A stretch of DNA of 64,000 nt from NCBI GenBank assembly GCA_964016885.1, contig OZ024740.1:146878001-146942000 (forward strand), read 5' to 3'. The notes below the pieces were generated by a model that was not told the origin of the DNA, did not search any database, and was given only the letters and a program-made list of their open reading frames with translations. Below are positions 62,424 to 64,000 of this stretch, one piece after another. The stretch's first letter is position 1. Every line of letters begins with the position of its first letter. This DNA is from Eledone cirrhosa. Its lineage: Eukaryota. Position numbers and translations under genes: made by a program.

Positions 62424-63020
62424 TCTGTGTGTGTGTGTGTGGGGGGGGGGGTTGTGTGTCGTAACATAGCGTTTATTTTTTCTTTAAAGAGATCAATAAA
62501 ATATGCTGCTATCAAAGTTAACAAAATTAATTGAAAACACGATATTTGCTGGTGAAGAAATAAACACTCACACATTTATGTGTGAGTGAAAAGAAAACAG
62601 ACACACGTACACACATCTGTATACTGTACAATATGCACTCATATTTATACAAAACACACACACACACACACATATTTATGTGTGTGTGTGTTTTGTATAA
62701 ATATGTGTGTATATGCATATAGTGTGTCTGTTTTCTTTTCTGTATTTATATTTGACCATAATAAGTACTTTGAGCTTTACATTTAATAAGCTGTGTTTAA
62801 TACAGACGAGACAGCCTTGAGACAAATAAAAAAACTCATAATTAAAAAGGAATTGACTAATTAATAGCCCTACATTCAATCGTTAGCGTCTACCCTCTAT
62901 ATAGTGTCATTTAGGTTGGATGGCCATGTCTTGCTTGTAAAATGTCGAACTTTATTTTCCTCTTTCCATATAAAGTGTGAAACCATTAAGACATTTTGAA
63001 TCTGTTTTGTCGTTTCCTTG

Positions 63021-63115
<95 letters not shown>

Positions 63116-63119
<4 letters not shown>

Positions 63120-63276
63120 ACGGATGAAGGCGGCGCATCCACACCAGAAAAGCCGTTAGCAGGGACCGGTTCGTCCACTTCAAATCGGCCCTCCCCCTCG
63201 GTGCCAAGTCCGGATACATAAGGAGTGAACTGACACGTATCCGGAATAAATGCAGCACCACAGAAGACCGAGGCAC
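63116..63276 (+). mobile_element. Possible short solo or truncated LTR
   Basis: Starts TGTAAC after (TA)n, contains AATAAA, ends in CA at a (CA)n tract; no PBS, PPT or second copy. Confidence 0.25.
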
Positions 63277-63296
63277 ACACACACACACTACACACT

Positions 63297-64000
63297 TCTT
63301 GGAAGTGCTTAAGCTAAATGGTTATCCGACATCCACCGTGAACTGCATTATAAATAGGAAACACCACATTCGAAGCACGAACTCCACCAACACCTCTTTT
63401 CTGAAGCTCCCACATTTCGGTGACGACACAACAACAGCCATCCGCAGGGAAGGAATGGACTTACAACTAGCTCATTCAGGGCCCTCCTTACGCAGACAAC
63501 TCTCTATGAGACGAACTGTTGAACGCAACAGCCTGTGCACGCTGGCCAATAATACAGATATATGTATCAATAATACAGATATATGCTATCAAGCATAGGT
63601 CGTGTACAGAGTCCAGTGTGATAAATGCGACAGCTTCTACATAGGTAGCACCTCCAGACACCTACACATCAGGATTAAAGAACACATTAACACTAACGCT
63701 TCCTCATTGAAGAAACACTTAGAGAAATGCAAAAACACTTCCAAAGAAATAACAGTTAAGGTTAAAACAAAAGAAAGAAATCTGGGCACTCTCAGAATTA
63801 AGGAAGCATTAATCATAGCCAGAACACACCCGCAAATCAATAATAGATTAGAATTAAGCGCACAATACCTAACGTAGAAGGTTACTGAACTCTATATAGA
63901 GCACACACAGGCCCACTTTTGACAACTTTATCCATCTGTGAGAAACCCTATATTCCGTCCATGCTTGTTAACATTTGTACGTGTGTGCTTATACACACTT
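63297..64000 (+). mobile_element. Penelope-like element 3' part (GIY-YIG endonuclease), family distinct from 41416
   Basis: LKLNGYP, FLKLPHFG, VVYRVQCDKCDSFYIGSTSRHLHIRIKEH..KKH, EALIIARTHPQINNRLE. Confidence 0.88.

Overview
Eukaryotic, AT-rich, microsatellite-saturated non-genic DNA, most likely from an octopus or other coleoid cephalopod (inferred from tRNA-headed CORE-like and Meta-like SINEs and the repeat mix; not database-verified). No host protein-coding gene, rRNA, tRNA gene or CRISPR array is supported. The window is a nested transposon graveyard: two near-full-length, convergent Tx1/L1-clade LINEs, several R4/Dong LINE fragments, RTE and RTE-derived non-autonomous elements, a CR1-like LINE, several Penelope-like elements (PLEs) with minimal hammerhead ribozymes, Helitrons, a hATm and a Chapaev3-like DNA transposon, MITEs and a composite minisatellite. 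The most interesting signals are: (1) small palindromic PLE pseudo-LTR hairpin elements with hammerhead motifs on opposite strands, sitting in (TA)n, ending in the first codons of the PLE ORF and flanking a locally copied inverted piece of the neighbouring LINE; (2) recurrent fold-back and locally templated duplications at (TA)n tracts; (3) microsatellite niche partitioning, in which RTE tails supply (TATG)n that R4/Dong elements occupy tail-to-tail, Tx1 sits in (AAT)n and PLEs in (TA)n; (4) a position-conserved AAG|GTAAGT splice donor 38-39 nt upstream of the ORF2 ATG in both diverged Tx1 elements. Family names come from motif recognition and all alignments were done by eye, so boundaries are approximate unless terminal motifs are quoted.
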